Below, one piece after another: positions 30,501 to 39,500 of a stretch of DNA of 64,000 nt (positions within the stretch are counted from its first letter, which is position 1; each line of letters begins with the position of its first letter). Under the pieces are notes generated by a model. That model did no database searches. It saw only the letters and a program-made list of their open reading frames with translations, and was not told where the DNA came from. The DNA is taken from NCBI GenBank assembly GCA_963700635.1, contig CAVOYH010000003.1, forward strand, positions 128,001 to 192,000. Reading direction: 5' to 3'. The position numbers and the translations under genes were made by a program. Origin of the DNA: an uncultured Bacteroidota bacterium. Lineage in GTDB: Bacteria > Bacteroidota > Ignavibacteria > UBA10030 > UBA6906.

Positions 30501-31095
30501 CACCGATACCTCAACCATCCGCGTACTCGTGGACAAGGCCCAGACGGATAGTATGTGGAGACCGGGACGGGAGATTGTCATCGTCACACCGCCCAAATAC
30601 GCTCCCCAGTCCCCCATCCCTGTGCTGGTCTCAGTCACGTTCTCCGCAACCCCCGGACAGGCATTAGTCCTTCCCACACAGGGTAACGTGTTCGAGGTCA
30701 AGACCTCGAAACCGTTTGCGGCCGGGGATCAATACACCTTCACGAGTACGTCGTCCAAATTTGATGCCGCCCGGGCCACCAATGCCCTGGATCAGATTCG
30801 TGTGGTCCCGAATCCCTACGTCGGCTACAGCGACATAGAGCAGCCGGGAGCAAGCTCGATCCGCCGCGGAGAAAACAAACTGCAGTTCCGCAATCTCCCT
30901 CCAAAGTGCACGATTCGTATCTACTCGCTTGTGGGTGAACTCGTCGATACAATCGTGAAGGATGATGGCAACAGTTATGTTGACTGGCAGTTGCTCTCCT
31001 ACGAAGGCCAGCGGCTTGCCTACGGCGTGTATATCTATCATGTGGATGTGCCCGGTGTGGGCGAGAAGATCGGCCGGTTGGCGCTGATTAAGTGA
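27598..31095 (+). CDS. Large secreted protein with Asp-rich Ca-binding repeats, FN3-like domain and atypical T9SS-like CTD (module 2 cargo)
   Basis: Signal peptide; GFKFLESP, DDDDDGINDE, DEDGDWDPEKDDVGIDG, DESDQIGLTSF, PPPKP...VTLYWD...FEGYKIYRS...NGKTYYYAVASYD; IRVVPNPY...FRNLPPKCTIRIYSLVGELV...YGVYIYHV...RLALIK. Confidence 0.85.
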   Translation: MKKTMIMLLAFLAIVVLRTAATAQEIDWKTFDPKRATPDEWQRVLSFMEQNERRLAKTTGEAREIRSLIIRGNKITTVVYNYGSITRPNTLGNVADLVWNRLGYGFEFTPLVGATVTDTSGRQVSILNDGMWLANQGGYSPDNTVKWGWLPKAGYAASGQNDIAAWSHRSDVGGDLTRRPHSWPESWYNQTLGRYVWPAFLGNDATAPDEEAYFVVDDYTNAKYPYYPFPDDSSKRGLGLDMECRFFQFNNPLAEDIIFLVYRVTNKSPKTINKVYFGMYGDPHVGGPADYGDDLAYFIPPRGVLADPFPQRARSMVYAWDDNGTGDGGLTCGYFGFKFLESPTNSANGRDDDDDGINDESPFNDAGFYIDGVTFPLNTGIEDTIKYIKVFGKIKARWAGDEDGDWDPEKDDVGIDGIAGTGDFGEGNKKPDIGYDANGILVSEPHFGIRDVDESDQIGLTSFNALGYTNGVPNVPKNDVFFYQLLSSDSIAIDQVLFRTPSDNIFLYGSGPFPLAPGGTQRFSIALMMGENLPDLLLNAETAQRVLEANYLFAQPPPKPNVRAIPGDRKVTLYWDAAPEIAVDPLTATQDFEGYKIYRSEDYTFSDVYTITDANGAAFLPNAMIDATGQRAQFDLVNEWSGLHPVEYIGRGVKYNLGNNSGLVHEFVDSTVTNGKTYYYAVASYDHGFDSLGVQLPPTESQIAITKDPVTGVLSFDQNTVSAVPGPLPSGQTKAIVDNDFMPRRVKGISTGSMTVKVMEDVAVLDGAQYNIDFRTAASKVVYDIQSLTFHTDNFISRDTVFVPLSRKNLITSTVTVKDAAGATVNPSLYRIDVPGGRIRGVAPGNLPANAAFSITYQYYTVFESNRLAAEDDNAVFDGMRVYVKDVPLGIDSANSGWASKNNTSLTARVHKTIALPTAPFRPAPLDFQIQWNRTDTTANGKWAFPGDTLLNNSGRRVVVCPFRIINVTDTSTIRVLVDKAQTDSMWRPGREIVIVTPPKYAPQSPIPVLVSVTFSATPGQALVLPTQGNVFEVKTSKPFAAGDQYTFTSTSSKFDAARATNALDQIRVVPNPYVGYSDIEQPGASSIRRGENKLQFRNLPPKCTIRIYSLVGELVDTIVKDDGNSYVDWQLLSYEGQRLAYGVYIYHVDVPGVGEKIGRLALIK

Positions 31096-31106
31096 GAGAC
31101 GCTGTG

Positions 31107-31138
31107 CCCCCTCCCCCGGACTGACGAGCGGGAGGGGG
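31107..31138 (+). other. Intergenic stem-loop without U-tract between cargo gene and porV-like gene
   Basis: CCCCCTCCC (31107-31115) / GGGAGGGGG (31130-31138). Confidence 0.5.
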
Positions 31139-31195
31139 GATACGCAGAGAAGGACAGAGAATTGATGTTCACTACTGAAAGCGTATGGAGGTTGT

Positions 31196-32251
31196 ATGAA
31201 TAGTAGCTACTGCACACGGGGCACACAGGCGGTGGTGCTTCTGCTGGCGTTCGCTGTTCTGAGCACCGCTTCTGCGGATGCCCAGCTGTTCCGCAGCACC
31301 GCGAAGGTCGGCACGACAGCAGCCCAGTTCCTGAAGATCGGTGTCGGCGCCCGCGCCCTGGGCATGGGCGGGGCACAGGTGGGAGTCACGGGCGACATCA
31401 GCGCCATCTACTGGAACCCCGCCGCTCTCTCGCGCATGAACGTGGTCAGCGAACTGACCTTTAACCATGCAAACTGGCTCGCCGACATCAACTACGACTT
31501 CGCCGCAGGCGTGATGCCAATCGGCGACCTGGGCACGTTCGGACTCTCGGTCATCTCCCTCCGCGTACCCGAAGAGATCGTCACCACCGTCGCCAACCCC
31601 GACGGCGACGGCCGGCGCTGGGACGCTTCCTCACTCGCGTTCGGACTCACCTACGCGCGGAACCTGACGGACCGCTTCTCCATCGGGCTCAACTTGAAAT
31701 TTATCCATGAGAGTATCTGGAGCGAGAGTGCATCCGGGTTTGCCATCGACGTCGGCACACTGTATATCACGGAGATTCCCGGCCTCACGATCGGGGCGTC
31801 GATCGCGAACTTCGGCACAAAAATGCAGCTCGACGGCCGTGATCTCAATTTTAACTACGATCCGGACGACAATGCCGGCACAGGGCCGAACAACATCCCC
31901 TCCAAACTCGAAACCGGAGCGTATGACCTTCCGCTCACCTTCCGGATTGGTCTTGCCTGGGACCTCTACCCCGTTGATGAGTTCAGAACAACATTTGCGG
32001 TGGATGCAACACATCCGAATGACAATGTCGAATATGTCAACTCGGGCCTTGAAGTTGCATGGCAGGAAATTCTTTTCGGCCGGATCGGGTACAAATCACT
32101 CTTCCTGCGCGACACCGAGCAGGGGCTTACATGGGGACTCGGCGTTCACTACGGCATTCCAAACGTGGCAACAGTAAAACTGGACTACGGTTTTGCGGAT
32201 TACGGCAGACTGAAGAACGTGCAGTACTTTTCGCTGGGAGTACGACTGTAA
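31196..32251 (+). CDS. PorV/PorQ-family outer-membrane beta-barrel (module 2)
   Basis: KVGTTAAQFLKIGVGARALGMGGA, YWNPAAL, WLADINYD, FAIDVGTLY, LPLTFRIG, HPNDN; ends FSLGVRL. Confidence 0.9.
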   Translation: MNSSYCTRGTQAVVLLLAFAVLSTASADAQLFRSTAKVGTTAAQFLKIGVGARALGMGGAQVGVTGDISAIYWNPAALSRMNVVSELTFNHANWLADINYDFAAGVMPIGDLGTFGLSVISLRVPEEIVTTVANPDGDGRRWDASSLAFGLTYARNLTDRFSIGLNLKFIHESIWSESASGFAIDVGTLYITEIPGLTIGASIANFGTKMQLDGRDLNFNYDPDDNAGTGPNNIPSKLETGAYDLPLTFRIGLAWDLYPVDEFRTTFAVDATHPNDNVEYVNSGLEVAWQEILFGRIGYKSLFLRDTEQGLTWGLGVHYGIPNVATVKLDYGFADYGRLKNVQYFSLGVRL

Positions 32252-32285
32252 CGAAGCAGTAGTCAGGACATCAGGGTACACACAA

Positions 32286-32326
32286 CAAAGAGAGAAGAAC
32301 CGGCACGTTCTTCTCTCTTTGGTTTT
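32286..32326. terminator. Terminator between convergent modules 2 and 3, possibly bidirectional
   Basis: Perfect 15-bp inverted repeat CAAAGAGAGAAGAAC (32286-32300) / GTTCTTCTCTCTTTG (32307-32321), followed by GTTTT. Confidence 0.75.
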
Positions 32327-32420
32327 CCGCACTCGTCGGCGATTGCGGCCGTCTTCCTCCATGACAGTCCGACGGGCCCGGCCGTCACCGATGCCGCTCT
32401 GCACTCATCTCACCCGCATA

Positions 32421-34679
32421 TCATTTCACGAGCATCATCTTCTGCGTCACGGTTCTCCCCTCCCATTCCATCCTGGTGAAATACGCCCCGCTCGCAACGC
32501 CTTCCCCGCTAAAACGAACCCTGTAGACACCCGGCTGATGAATCCCGTCGGCAAGTGTCGCGACGAGCTGTCCGACGATGTTGTAAACACGCACGGCGAC
32601 GTGTGATTGTTTCCCCACCGTGTACCGGATGGTCGAGGATGGATTAAACGGATTCGGGTAGTTCTGTTCCAGGAGGAATTCTCTCTCGGCTCCCGACGCA
32701 GAAGTCAGCTCCAGCACTGCAGCGTTGCTGACCGTAAACCGGAACTCTTCCCCCTGCCGGATCGGCCGCACGGTCAAGACGACGTTCGTGTCTCCCGGAC
32801 CGGGCAGCACCGCGGCACCCGCCGGTGCTGTCGGACGGACCTCGGCGTGCGTGTTGTTCGTCGCACTTCGATAGGCCGGAGGTGTCAGGAAAATGATCCG
32901 TTCGCCTATGGTCCACCGTTTGTTGACCACTGACTCCACAACCAGCAGGTCCATCCGCTGGCCGTCCGTGATGTTCCATCCAAAAAATGGAACGACCACC
33001 TCCCTTTTTCCGGTTGTCCCGAGCGCTGTGTCGAGTACAGCCGAATAACTCCCATCGGCAAGTGTATCGGTGCTTCCCCACACAAGTGCCACATCGATGG
33101 GCGCTGTCCGTTGTGTGCCCGCCGAGGGGATATTCAGGATGAAGTTCAGATTGGTGCCTGAACGGTTGATCATGGACGACCGGGCAAAGTCGATGGCGAG
33201 ATCAAACTCCGGAATCACCTCCAATGCAACACCCTGGAAGGTGGGCGTCAGGTAGAACACCCCCTCACCCCGGTCGATCAGAAAGGAGCGAACAAGCGTG
33301 TCACCCGTGGTGAGATTGTGTACCGAAAGTGCGGCGCTGGCCGGAGAGAGAGAATCGAAGATCGCGGCATAGGTCTGGCCCGTTAATGCAAGACTGTCAA
33401 GGACATGGACGATGACGCTGCTGGTCGTCCGCCCGGAATGGTGCGCGAGTGAATTGGGATCAAGGTGGCCCTGCGGGCGGGAGGGTGAGAGGATCCGGGC
33501 AACGATCTCATAATCTTTTCCTGCCTGGCCCCAACTTGACCATACCGCCATAAGAAAATCTCCGTTGAGTTGGACGGCGTCCGGTTCCCATTGAAAACTC
33601 TCCGTGGTGGTGTTACAGCGTGTTTCAAATGAGCGCCTTCCCCCTGAACTGTCGAACACTTGCAGATACACGCCTTCCCGGCTTCCATCCTGTTTCCAGC
33701 TCGACCAGACCACGGCAAACCCATCATCCTCAATCCGGCGAATTCTGGGGAGCCACTGATAGTATGCGGTTGTGGTGTTCACAATCTGTTCGCTTCCGAT
33801 CTTGGTTCCGTCAGGTCCGAATCTTTGCAAAACGATACTGCCATCGGCTCCATCTTGTTCCCAGCTGCACCATACCACAACAAACGTGTTGTCTGAAAGC
33901 GTCTCCACATCCGCGTACCACTGGTAGTCAGCGGTATAGGTGTTTGCCGGGATCTCTCCTGTGCGCGGTGTCCCCGTGCTGTCAAACAACCGCGTATAAA
34001 CTCCATACCCCCCTGTTTCGTCCTGCGACCAGGACTCCCAGACGACGACAATCCCGCCATCCGGCAGAAATTTCACCGCGGGCCTGGCCTGGCTGAAGGC
34101 GGTGGTGGTATGGACGCGAATCTCTCCGGTGGCGGGAACACCATCGGCCGAATAGACCCTCATGAACACGTCGCGGTCATCAGAGGGGGTCCAGCTGTTC
34201 CAGACGACAACAAACCGTCCGGACTCGCTGACCGCTACATCCGGTTCGGTCTGGGTCCGGGCCACTGTCGTATTAACCAGGAACTCCTCACCCGGGGGGA
34301 GAGAAGTCGTGAACCGCCGAGCCCTGATATCATAGGCCGAATCAAGGTGTGTCAGTGATGCCCAGGCCACCACAAGCGCCCCGGAAGAATTCATGCTGCA
34401 TGCCGGCTTTTCCTGATCTCCGTGCACTGTTGTGTTCACCCTGATTTCCCCGCCCACGGCCGCTCCGCCGGGGGCATACCTCTGCATCACGATGTCTCCT
34501 TTGCTGTCGGGCCCTGCGTGATTTTCCGCATTCCACACGATTGCGACGTTGCCGGAACCATCCCGTTCAATCTGAGGGTCTCGCTGTGTGGAGTCGCGTT
34601 GGGTGTTCACGATGAACTCTCCCTGGGCAAAAAGGGGATGGCTGACAGCAAAGAAGAGAAAGAACCAAAGGGCTTTCAT
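32421..34679 (-). CDS. T9SS cargo: about 7 tandem ~57-aa repeats (beta-propeller) + domain shared with module cargo proteins + CTD
   Basis: Signal LFA-Q; repeats E(F/I)xVNTTxxxxQxxPxVxxxxxGxFVVVWxSW; LEQNYPNPFNP...QKMMLVK. Confidence 0.82.
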   Translation of the reverse strand: MKALWFFLFFAVSHPLFAQGEFIVNTQRDSTQRDPQIERDGSGNVAIVWNAENHAGPDSKGDIVMQRYAPGGAAVGGEIRVNTTVHGDQEKPACSMNSSGALVVAWASLTHLDSAYDIRARRFTTSLPPGEEFLVNTTVARTQTEPDVAVSESGRFVVVWNSWTPSDDRDVFMRVYSADGVPATGEIRVHTTTAFSQARPAVKFLPDGGIVVVWESWSQDETGGYGVYTRLFDSTGTPRTGEIPANTYTADYQWYADVETLSDNTFVVVWCSWEQDGADGSIVLQRFGPDGTKIGSEQIVNTTTAYYQWLPRIRRIEDDGFAVVWSSWKQDGSREGVYLQVFDSSGGRRSFETRCNTTTESFQWEPDAVQLNGDFLMAVWSSWGQAGKDYEIVARILSPSRPQGHLDPNSLAHHSGRTTSSVIVHVLDSLALTGQTYAAIFDSLSPASAALSVHNLTTGDTLVRSFLIDRGEGVFYLTPTFQGVALEVIPEFDLAIDFARSSMINRSGTNLNFILNIPSAGTQRTAPIDVALVWGSTDTLADGSYSAVLDTALGTTGKREVVVPFFGWNITDGQRMDLLVVESVVNKRWTIGERIIFLTPPAYRSATNNTHAEVRPTAPAGAAVLPGPGDTNVVLTVRPIRQGEEFRFTVSNAAVLELTSASGAEREFLLEQNYPNPFNPSSTIRYTVGKQSHVAVRVYNIVGQLVATLADGIHQPGVYRVRFSGEGVASGAYFTRMEWEGRTVTQKMMLVK

Positions 34680-34723
34680 CCTGGCCTCATTGATTGGGCC
34701 CGAACCTCCTGCAGAGGCCCGGG

Positions 34724-35335
34724 TTATTTCAACTGGAAATCCAACAGGGGGTTGGTCAGCGAAGGGCCGTACTGGTAGTGCCACCATTCCGCGGCGTATC
34801 GGGTGAGTCCGCCTACATTTTCCATCATGGCGAGCAGCAATTCGCGGTTGGCAACCTGCTCGGCCGACATCCCGATCGTCCACCCGTGACGTGCCGCATC
34901 GCCAAAATAGTCAAAGACTGTCGGCATCACCAGTTCCTGCCCCGTGGCAAGGTGGACGAGTGATACGTCCACCGCGCCGCCGCGATTGTGGTTTGAGCCG
35001 CTTGCCGGGTCGGCCACGTAGACGGGATTGGGGAATATCTCGAACATAAGATATTGCACGGCCCGCGGCCTGTACCCATCGAAAATCTTGAGCCCGAGTC
35101 CTCTCAGACGCAGACTGTCCTGAACGATCTTCAGGCGTTTGACGGTACCGTGCGCCAGCAGACATTCATCGGTCGTGTAGAGTTTTTGCTGGAAAAAATT
35201 GTCCGTCGTATTGTACTTCAAATCCAGCACAATATCGGGGATAAGTTCTTTGACGTTGACAAGTTCGCTGTCGGATGATTGCGCAACGACGAGACAGGGA
35301 AGGAAAAGTACAACGGAGAGAAGAGAACATTTCAT
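34724..35335 (-). CDS. ddpX: D-alanyl-D-alanine dipeptidase (M15D, VanX/DdpX family) with Sec signal peptide
   Basis: DLKYNTTDNF, LKIFDGYRP, SNHNRGGAVD (SxHxxGxAxD), MPTVFD, EWWH. Confidence 0.93.
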   Translation of the reverse strand: MKCSLLSVVLFLPCLVVAQSSDSELVNVKELIPDIVLDLKYNTTDNFFQQKLYTTDECLLAHGTVKRLKIVQDSLRLRGLGLKIFDGYRPRAVQYLMFEIFPNPVYVADPASGSNHNRGGAVDVSLVHLATGQELVMPTVFDYFGDAARHGWTIGMSAEQVANRELLLAMMENVGGLTRYAAEWWHYQYGPSLTNPLLDFQLK

Positions 35336-35376
35336 GGAACACCTCCGGGGAGAGAGGAAGAGTCAGGATCGGGTGG

Positions 35377-36411
35377 TCAGAATTTTACCCCGAATGTCAG
35401 ATAGTGGACATTCTTCAGCCGTCCCCAATCCTGGTAGGCATAGTCCACTTTGAGTTTAAATTCCCCCACGATCCGGTAGTGTACCCCGATACCTGCGGTG
35501 AACCGTTGTTCCGTATCCCGTTCGAACAGCGACTTCCATCCGCCGCGCAGGAACACGATTTCATTCCAGGCATATTCCACACCGGCATTGATGTACTCGG
35601 TATTATCGTTCGGATGTACGGCGTCGATGGCCGTTGTCAGGCGGTGTTCATCCGCCTTGACGACATCCGCCGCGACCCCGACCCGGAAGATAAGCGGAAG
35701 GTCAAACGATTCGAGCTGAACATCGGTATTGATGAGGTTTCCCTCCCCGCCTCCCACCTGTGTTATCATCAGGTTGTCGCGCCCCTCGAGTTTCATCTTC
35801 GTGCCGAAGTTCGAGATACTCGCCGCGAGACGGAATTCATTGAGTATCGGGATTTTGTAGAGTGTACCGATATCCAGGGCCACTCCCGTCGCCGACATAT
35901 TCCAGAGGTATTCGCGAAGGTATTTCACATTAAGCCCCAGGGAGAACTGATCGGTCAGGTTACGGGCATAGCTGATCCCGATGGCCATGGCGCCCGCGGA
36001 GAAGTACTCTCCTGTCCCTTCCGGTTGGGCTGTGGTCCGTACCAGCATCTCGTCCATCGACAACACACTGACAAATGCGCCCAGTGTCCCGACATCGGGC
36101 AGATAGGTGGCAAACGCGGCATAGTCAAAATTGACGTCAGCTATCCACCGGACATGATTAAATGTCGCCTCGCTTGAGTACAGATTTGCCATCCCGCCGG
36201 GATTCCAGTACATCGCAGTGATATCGTCGGCGACCGCCGTAAAAGCACCGCCCATGCCGATGGCCCGTGAACCAACGCCGATCTTAAGGAACGGCGCTGC
36301 AGACGTCCCCGTTTTCGTAAGGTTCTGCGTCAGTGCGACTGGCAGGAGGACCAACACCAGACACGCGGTCATGGCAACAACCCTCATTCCCCTGCTTCCT
36401 GTGCTCTTCAT
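35377..36411 (-). CDS. PorV/PorQ-family outer-membrane beta-barrel (module 3)
   Basis: KTGTSAAPFLKIGVGSRAIGMGGAF, YWNPGG, WIADVNFD, ALDIGTLY, LPLIFRVG, HPNDN; ends LTFGVKF. Confidence 0.9.
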   Translation of the reverse strand: MKSTGSRGMRVVAMTACLVLVLLPVALTQNLTKTGTSAAPFLKIGVGSRAIGMGGAFTAVADDITAMYWNPGGMANLYSSEATFNHVRWIADVNFDYAAFATYLPDVGTLGAFVSVLSMDEMLVRTTAQPEGTGEYFSAGAMAIGISYARNLTDQFSLGLNVKYLREYLWNMSATGVALDIGTLYKIPILNEFRLAASISNFGTKMKLEGRDNLMITQVGGGEGNLINTDVQLESFDLPLIFRVGVAADVVKADEHRLTTAIDAVHPNDNTEYINAGVEYAWNEIVFLRGGWKSLFERDTEQRFTAGIGVHYRIVGEFKLKVDYAYQDWGRLKNVHYLTFGVKF

Positions 36412-36453
36412 ATGTTTATCTCCAGGGTGCATTCTGTGTGCGATGCAGTGACA

Positions 36454-36503
36454 ACTCCGCCCCCTCTCCCCGTGCCACGACACGGGAAAAGCGGGAGCGG
36501 AGT
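36454..36503 (-). other. Long intergenic stem-loop without U-tract between cargo gene and porV-like gene
   Basis: Minus strand ACTCCGCTCCCGCTTTTCCCGTGT-CGTG-GCACGGGGAGAGGGGGCGGAGT folds into a ~22-bp stem with G.U pairs that form only on the sense strand. Confidence 0.55.
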
Positions 36504-36507
36504 GGCA

Positions 36508-39500
36508 TTACTTGATCAGCGCAAACTTAAGAATTTTCTCTCCAATTCCGGGCGCGTCGATATGGGCGATATAAACGCCGTAGGCAACGCCAAAACCATC
36601 CCGGTTCAGGAGGTTCCAGTACTCGCGTCCGCTCTCCATCCCCGACTCATGCTCGATCGTCTGCACAACATCCCCGTTGATCGTGAAGATCCGGATGGTA
36701 CAGCGTGATGGAAGATGTTCGAAATATATCCGACGTTCACCGCGTGTTGCGCCGGGGAGTCGGTTTGTGGGCTCAATGTCGCTCAGGCCGACGTACGGGT
36801 TAGGCACCACGTAAATGTTGTCCATCCGCGAGGAGGCAAGAGTATTGTCCACACTCGCACCTTCTGTTTTCAAGGTGAAGGTATCCGACGCATCAAACGG
36901 ACGGCGGGTGGCTATGAGCAGAATGTCGCCATCACCGGGAATTCGTGGCGTAATGCTGGTGTCAGCGGGTTTTGTGATCACGACACCCCAGGTTGTGGTA
37001 TCCGTGGGGAGACCTGTGGCCCCGGGCTTGAAGAGCACTATTTCCTCCCCCGTACTCCATTGCAGATCCCGCGTAGCCGAGTTCTCCGCAAGAAACGTCT
37101 GAATACGCCGGGGCGAGCCGGTCGTCACATCAACTACGGCATACCGCACCGGCACGCGAATGAGTCCGCCGCTCTGCACGAGCGCCGTATCGATATTCTG
37201 GGAAGAGAACCGGATTTCGTAGTCCGCCGGCCAGAGGCGTTTCCGCGTCCCGATGGACGTGAGTTTCGCAATGAAGTTATAGTTGCTTTTGCCTTCAATC
37301 CAGCGCGAGCGGACTGAGTCGTATGCCAGGACCGGATGGTCCTCGATTTGTAATGCCACCCCATCAAACACCGGATTGGAATCTTCTGCCTTAAGGGAAC
37401 GGCTCTCAAACACAGGGTAATACCGATATGTCACGGTATATGTTCCGTTGGCCGGCATCGCGCTTGCGGCTGTCCGGCGGATGGCCCCGCGCTGGAAATT
37501 CATAAGATAGTCCACGCCGTAGGTGTACGTCGTGCCGTTTACACCGGTCACCCTGAAGAAACTGTCGTTGGCTATGTTCGGACGCGACAGTGCCGAGTAG
37601 TTCGTGTCGAACGGCACAAACGTCTCAGTAGTGCTTCGTGTGTCAAGCACCGAATAGTTCTTGCCACGATCCCTGCGGTTTCCATTCTGGAATGAATCTG
37701 CAAAACTGATCTGATACTGACCCCCGCTCCGGATCGCGAGATCGTTCAGAATCCGGAATTGCACCGGACCCGTTCCGATCCCCCGATCATGGGTGATGTC
37801 TTGTGAAAGGATCGCCGGGGCCTTATAACCGCTCGTGCGCGGGCCGGGCACAACCTGGGCGGTGTTCACATCAAATTTGAGTGTTGATGTGATGGGATCC
37901 ACGGTGATCTTCTTTGTGGTTTCGGTGGGAGGAATCCCGACCGAATCACCATGATCATACGCAACAACGGCGTAGTAATACGTCTGTCCGTTGATGACGT
38001 TATTCGAATCCACGAACGAATGCACCAGGCCACGGTTGTTGCCCAGAAAGTACTGGATGCCGCGGTCCTGATATGGGACGGGGTGATATCCTTTCCAGGG
38101 GTCATCCACTTCCTCGGACCACCTGCCGTCTTTGTTGATGTCTACAAAGGGTTCACCAGCATCATATCTGCCATTGTTGTTCAGATCCGTGTACTTCTCC
38201 TGGCGTCTGGCGATGTCCCACTTCGCCTCAACGCCGCTCAGTTCAGTCAGGGGCCTGGTGAGGAATCGGGATCCTTTTCCGTCAGTGACGGTCTGAATGT
38301 CATTAAAGCCCGGGTCCGTGCTCCGGTAGACCACATAGCCCTCAAAATCTTCTCCGGTTATCGGGTCAACACTTTCCTCGGCTATGGTATCCCAGTAGAG
38401 TGTGACTTTTTTGTCGTCCGGCACGGCGGTCATGCGCGGCGTGTTCGGGGGCCGGAAGAACTGGTAGTTCTTGTTATAGATGGTCTGCACCGTTTTCGCC
38501 GTGGTAAGGAGGCCGTCAAGATTTTCGGCAAGGAGAAGTGCCATGGAGATCCGTTTGGTTTCGGCACGCGCAAGAGAAATATATCCCGAGCCAAAAATAA
38601 AAACGATGTCTGCGCTCTGCTGGATCGCCCCGAAGTTGCGCGGGATGGAGCGGTTCCACATGGATTCGTCGTTGGAGATCCTGTCGGTATTCCATGACCA
38701 GCTGTTGAAGCTCGTGAGCCCGATCTGATCTGATTCGTCCAGGTCGGTGAGTTCAAAATTGGGTTCCCCCGGATACAGGGGATCAAGTGATCCGTCAGGC
38801 AGGCGTCTTCCTGCATCGGGAACACCGTTGCCTTCTCCCTGATCCTGGGAGTTGGGCACACCGTCGATCCCGACGTCATCCGATATCGGACTCCAGTCCC
38901 CATCGTTGTCAATCCCGTCATCCTGCCGTTCGTCGATAAGCCCGTCGCCGTCGTCATCTCTGCCGTTGTCCGGATCACCGGGACTCTCGAGAAACTTGCA
39001 GCCCAGGTACCCCAGGGGAAGACCTCGCGCCCCGGTCATATCCGGATCCCAGAAATACACAAGACTCCTCGAGTAGACGGGGATATCGTCCACCCGGCCG
39101 AGTGTATCATAGGGCGGGATAAAAAAACCGTTGTCGTCCGTGTTCTCCGGCGACCCACCTCCCAGATCGGGATCACCATAGATGCCGAAGAACAGACTGT
39201 CAAGATCCTTCTCGCTCGTATTGGTGATTGTGTAGACGAAGAAGATGGTGTTCTCTGCGAGAGCATTACTCCATTGGAACGCGCGCCCGTCAATCTGGAT
39301 GCCGATCCCTTTCCGTGCGGAATCACTCGGAAACGGAAAGTATGGGAATTCCGTGTTGAACCGGTCGTCCATCGCCCAGAACACTTCGAGATCGGAACTC
39401 AACACATCCTGAGAGAGGTAGCCGGGCCAGACGTACCTGCCGAGTGTCGGATTGTACCAGCTGCGCGGCCAGCTGTCCGGTTTGCCGTCGCCATTAACAT

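Noticed and set aside
33480-34620. Regularly spaced repeats as a possible CRISPR array or DNA tandem repeat
   Set aside because: The repeats are degenerate, visible mainly at protein level (~57-aa blades) and inside a CDS; there are no identical DNA repeats or cas genes.
1-35335. Beta-lactamase-like gene plus vanX-like gene as an antibiotic-resistance island
   Set aside because: No ExxLN motif in the beta-lactamase fold, no vanHA/vanRS, and no integrase or transposase; the context fits peptidoglycan catabolism.
10215-36411. Core T9SS machinery operon
   Set aside because: Only PorV/PorQ-family paralogs are present; no sprA/sov, porK-N or porU was recognised in the window.
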